NCBI GenBank assembly: GCA_030390025.1
Contig: CM059431.1
Location: forward strand, 101,744,001 to 101,808,000
DNA length: 64,000 nucleotides
Direction: 5' to 3'
DNA from: Squalus acanthias
Lineage: Eukaryota
A model generated the notes under the pieces. The model was not told where the DNA came from. It saw nothing but the letters and a program-made list of their open reading frames with translations, and did no database searches. Positions 60,408-64,000 of the stretch are shown here, piece by piece (the first letter of the stretch is position 1; each line of letters starts with the position of its first letter). The position numbers and the translations under genes are program-made.

Positions 60408-60550
60408 GAACCAAGAGGGGTTGGGACCCGTCAGTATGGCCCATGAAAAGAAAGCTCAAACCTTGCCTGTTTCTCGCAGTAGAGCAGGAATGATGCATGC
60501 CAGACTGCAGCAGCTCAGCAGCTTGGATAACTCTTACACTTTTAACCACA
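60408..60550 (+). CDS. DOCK9: DOCK9 exon (NQEGLGPVSMAHEKKAQTLPVSRSRAGMMHARLQQLSSLDNSYTFNH)
   Basis: ttgcag acceptor, gtaagt donor, 143 nt, phase 2/1; possible internal acceptor before 60483. Confidence 0.95.
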
Positions 60551-61009
60551 GTAAGTCTCGGAGCATCAAGGGGCTCCCCCTTTATCAGTGACCTTAGGCT
60601 CACGGATAAAAAAAAACACAAATCCTCCCGACAGACTAATGCAGACCACCCCCAGAGCACAGTCACGGACTGTCACATTCCTGATTGGCTGAGACGATAT
60701 ATGCAGAAGGGAAATTGGGGAAAAGATTGGTTCGATGTCTTAAATGTTAAATGTCTGCGGTGGAACTTGATTATTTACAACATTTCGCAGATTCATATCA
60801 GAACCTTTGACAGCCCATAAAACGTCATTTATATTACCTGATAAATATGTATTAATGACGTTTGATTTCTTCCAGGAAGCAGATACTGCAGTTAAACATT
60901 GTAGTTAACATTGCTCAGCACTGCGAATTGCTTACTGGGCCTTTTATAACATGTTTTTGCAAAGCCGATCCGAAATGCTCATTTGCTGTTGTCAAAACGT
61001 CATGTTAGT

Positions 61010-61370
61010 CACAGAATGATACAGCACAGAAGGAGGCCTTTCGGCCCATTGTGCCTGTGCTGGCTCTTTGAAAGAGCTCTCCAATTAATCCCACTCCCCC
61101 TTGCTCTTTCCCCGTAGCCCTGTAAACTTTTCCTTTTCAAGTATTTATCCAATTCCCTGTTGAAAGTTACTATTGAATCTGCTTCCACCGCCCTTTCAAG
61201 CAGCGCGTTCCGGATCACAACAACTCGCTGCGTAAAAAACAAAAACTACTCCTCATCTCCCCCTCTGGTTCTTTTGCCAATTACCTTAAATCTGTGTCCT
61301 CTGGTTACCGACCCTCCAGCCACTGGAAACGGCTTGTCCCGATCCACTCTATCAAAACCCCTTCATAATT
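61010..61370 (-). mobile_element. CR1 LINE 3' fragment
   Basis: FFTQRVV..RNAL.ERAVEA remnant. Confidence 0.8.
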
Positions 61371-62469
61371 ATTGGGCTGAAGGTTTATGGGACTCGGGCA
61401 GGTTTTTTTTATTCGTTCATGGGATGTGGGCGTCGCTGGCAAGGCCAGCATTTATTACCCATCCCTAACTGCCTTCGAGAAGGTGGTGGTGAGCCGCCTT
61501 CTTGAACCGCTGCAGTCCGTGTGGTGAAGGTGCTCCCACAGTGCTGTTAGGGAGGGAGTTCCAGGATTTTGACCCAGCGACGATGAAGGATCGGCCGATA
61601 TATTTCCAAGTCAGGATGGTGTGTGATTTGGAGGGGAACTTGGAGATGGTGGTGTTCCCATGCACCTGCTGCCCTTGTCCTTCTAGGTGGTAGAGAGTTT
61701 GTGAAAAGTTGTGACTCCACCCCAGGAATAATTCTCTTTAACAGGCATCTATACCTTGAATCTACATTATTGGCTTGAAAACACAATTAGTTTTTAATAA
61801 TTTCAACAGTGTAGTGGAATCTTTCATGGTGCAATCTAACACGCGGTGACGTCACATGAATGTATCGGGTATTATTTTGCCTCGGCGGATGTGTACCCAA
61901 AACACACAGTTTCAATTTAAACCTACACCCATATGTATAGAGAAAAGTTTCTTTATGTAGCAGAAGTGCGAATATTTTTCAGAACGTTCTTTGTGTGTTT
62001 AAATACCCCGCAGTTGTCAGATTGATATAACTTGTAGATGCACCTTATGTACAAGGCAGAATTATGACCCACATCTTGCTGGACCAGTAACGCTGTGTTA
62101 ACGACGCACGCTGTTATTAGTGTGCCAATTGGCCAGCGAGTTCAGGGGATGAGATACGCCGTGAGTTGCGAATCTCCAGCACTTGCTGCTCGATTTACGT
62201 AGCTCCGCTGTTTACTTCGCACTAACGGCATCGCCGTTATTTTTAAGAACTTGCTGGATTTTCACTCATTCCTGCAGGTGGTAAATTGTTCTCAGAGATT
62301 TAAAAAAAATTAATTTTTCATTTTTTTCTAACTTTTCTGACTTTTTTCTCTCTCTCTCAATCCAGTCTTTCATTCCCTCTCTTTATTTCTCTTTCTGTAC
62401 CTGATTTGACACTAATTCACCCGATTTCCTTCTCCGTCGTTCCTCTGTTTCTTTCTCAATCCTCTCAAG

Positions 62470-62628
62470 ACCCTCCGACAGTGGAGCGCTCCCTCAGTAC
62501 TGCCCCTCCGACAGTGCACTGAAGTATCGGTCTAAATTTTGTGCTGAAGTGTCTGGAGTGGGACTTGAACAAATAACCTTCTGACTCGGAGGCGAGGGTG
62601 CTGCCCACTGAGCCACGGCTGACACTGT
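62470..62628 (-). mobile_element. SacSINE1-like SINE head with incipient 33-bp duplication
   Basis: ccctccgacagtg occurs twice, 33 bp apart, followed by the tRNA-like head. Confidence 0.75.
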
Positions 62629-62719
62629 AAATCTGATTGCTGTGGTTTTTTCATGCAAGAATAGAAGCATTGCCGGATTTAGTTCCGGGAAATGAAGCGG
62701 GACGAATAACTCGTAAAAA

Positions 62720-62985
62720 TTAGGAGTCATAGTCTCAGGATAAAAGGTCGGCCATTTGGGACTGAGGTGAGGAGGAATTTCTTCACTCAGAGGGTTGTGA
62801 ATCTTTGGAATTCTCTGCCCCAGAGGGCTGTGGAGGCTGATTTTTGGACTCTAGGGGAATTGAGGGATATGGAGATCGGGTGGGAAATGGAGTTGAGGTC
62901 GAAGATCAGCCATGATCTTACTGAATGGCGGAGCAGGCTCGAGGGGCCTTGTGGCCGACTCCTGCTCCTAATTCTTATGTTCTTA
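62720..62985 (+). mobile_element. CR1 LINE 3' fragment
   Basis: RRNFFTQRVVNLWNSLP remnant. Confidence 0.8.
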
Positions 62986-64000
62986 AAAATCGGGGAGGGA
63001 TTGGGAAAAATTAGCCACAGCATATTTAGGTTCAGTGTGAAAAAAGAAAAGGGTAATTCAGTTAAAGATAAAGCTGGTTAATTTTTTTTTAAAGGTGAAA
63101 TTCAATGTGATAAGAAAGGATTTGAATCAAATTAACTTGGCAGAACAGTTAGCAAAGGATGTGGGGAATCTTCAGATAGAGTACAAAATAGGTTTAGGGT
63201 TTTCAAAGAATAGAACCCCATTAATAAATAGAAAGATGGAAACTAAACGAGCTTAAACGGGAGGCAGATAACAAAACTGAGGGCTGATAATACCAGAGGA
63301 AATCGTGAGCATAGAAAATGGAGAGGGAAAGTGAAAACTGAGATGAGGGCTAAAGGATAATAGGAGAAAAAGGCTGGCAAGATTATACAGCAGGAAGTAG
63401 TTTGGGTTTATATAAGTATATAAAAAGAATAAGAGAGAGTTGGGGGGGAATCTCATGGAGGAGAATGAAGGTATGGTGGGGAGTTTTTTTTTAAATTCGT
63501 TCCTGTGATGTGGGCGTCGCTGGGAAGGCCAGCGTTTATTGCCCATCCCTAGTTGCCCTTGAGAAGGTGGTGGTGAGCCGCCTTCTTGAACCGCTGCAGT
63601 CCGTGTGGTGAAGGTGCTCCCACAGTGCTGTTAGGGAGGGAGTTCCAGGATTTTGACCCAGCGACGATGAAGGAACGGCCGATATATTTCCAAGTCAGGA
63701 TGGCGTGTGAGTGATCTGGAGGTGGTGGTGTTCCCACGCACCTGCCTGTATGTTAAATGAATAGTTGCCATCCGTTTTGGCAAATGATGGTGCAAGTGAG
63801 AAGGAGCGAGTTGTTGGAGCTCATAATGCTTGGTCACATTCCGCAGGGAACAGTTAAGGCAGAGACTTCTTGTATCTTCAGGGGAGAGCAGATAAACATT
63901 TGTAGCAGGGCGCTGGGGGTAAGTGGGATTAGATTCTGATTTCTCTGGCCAACCTCCGTCGTGGGCTGAATGTCCTTTTTCTGTGATGTAAATATCTAGG

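Noticed and set aside
1465..60550. Assignment to DOCK10 or DOCK11
   Set aside because: Segments such as [23 protein letters not shown] and NQEGLGP...MMHARLQQL fit DOCK9 as I recall it; a phylogeny would confirm

Overview
Vertebrate genomic DNA, most likely a cartilaginous fish (shark), judged from its SacSINE1/DeuSINE-type SINEs, CR1/L2 LINE fragments and Penelope-type hairpin repeats. The whole window lies inside a + strand DOCK9 (Zizimin1, DOCK-D family Cdc42 GEF) gene. I read 17 GT-AG exons with consistent phases (1465-60550, 1822 nt), running from the end of the DHR1/C2 domain through the central region; DHR2 lies beyond the window. Introns are dense with retroelement debris. The most notable object is a very young, compact (4425 bp) Ty3/Gypsy LTR retrotransposon on the - strand (50700-55124). 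It has one open 1318-aa gag-pol ORF, no tRNA primer-binding site, an 11-nt perfect complement between the PBS position and its own LTR (Tf1-like self-priming signature, overlapping the ATTAAA poly(A) signal), a YLDN rather than YxDD RT motif, and no chromodomain. A diverged solo LTR at 47165-47357 retains the same motif. Also seen: hammerhead-ribozyme cores in Penelope-type hairpin repeats, a candidate 42-nt cassette exon, an internal alternative acceptor, a candidate poison micro-exon, SINE-seeded 33-bp minisatellites and CTCF-like motifs. Repeat boundaries are approximate, and family names and human comparisons come from recall, not database searches.
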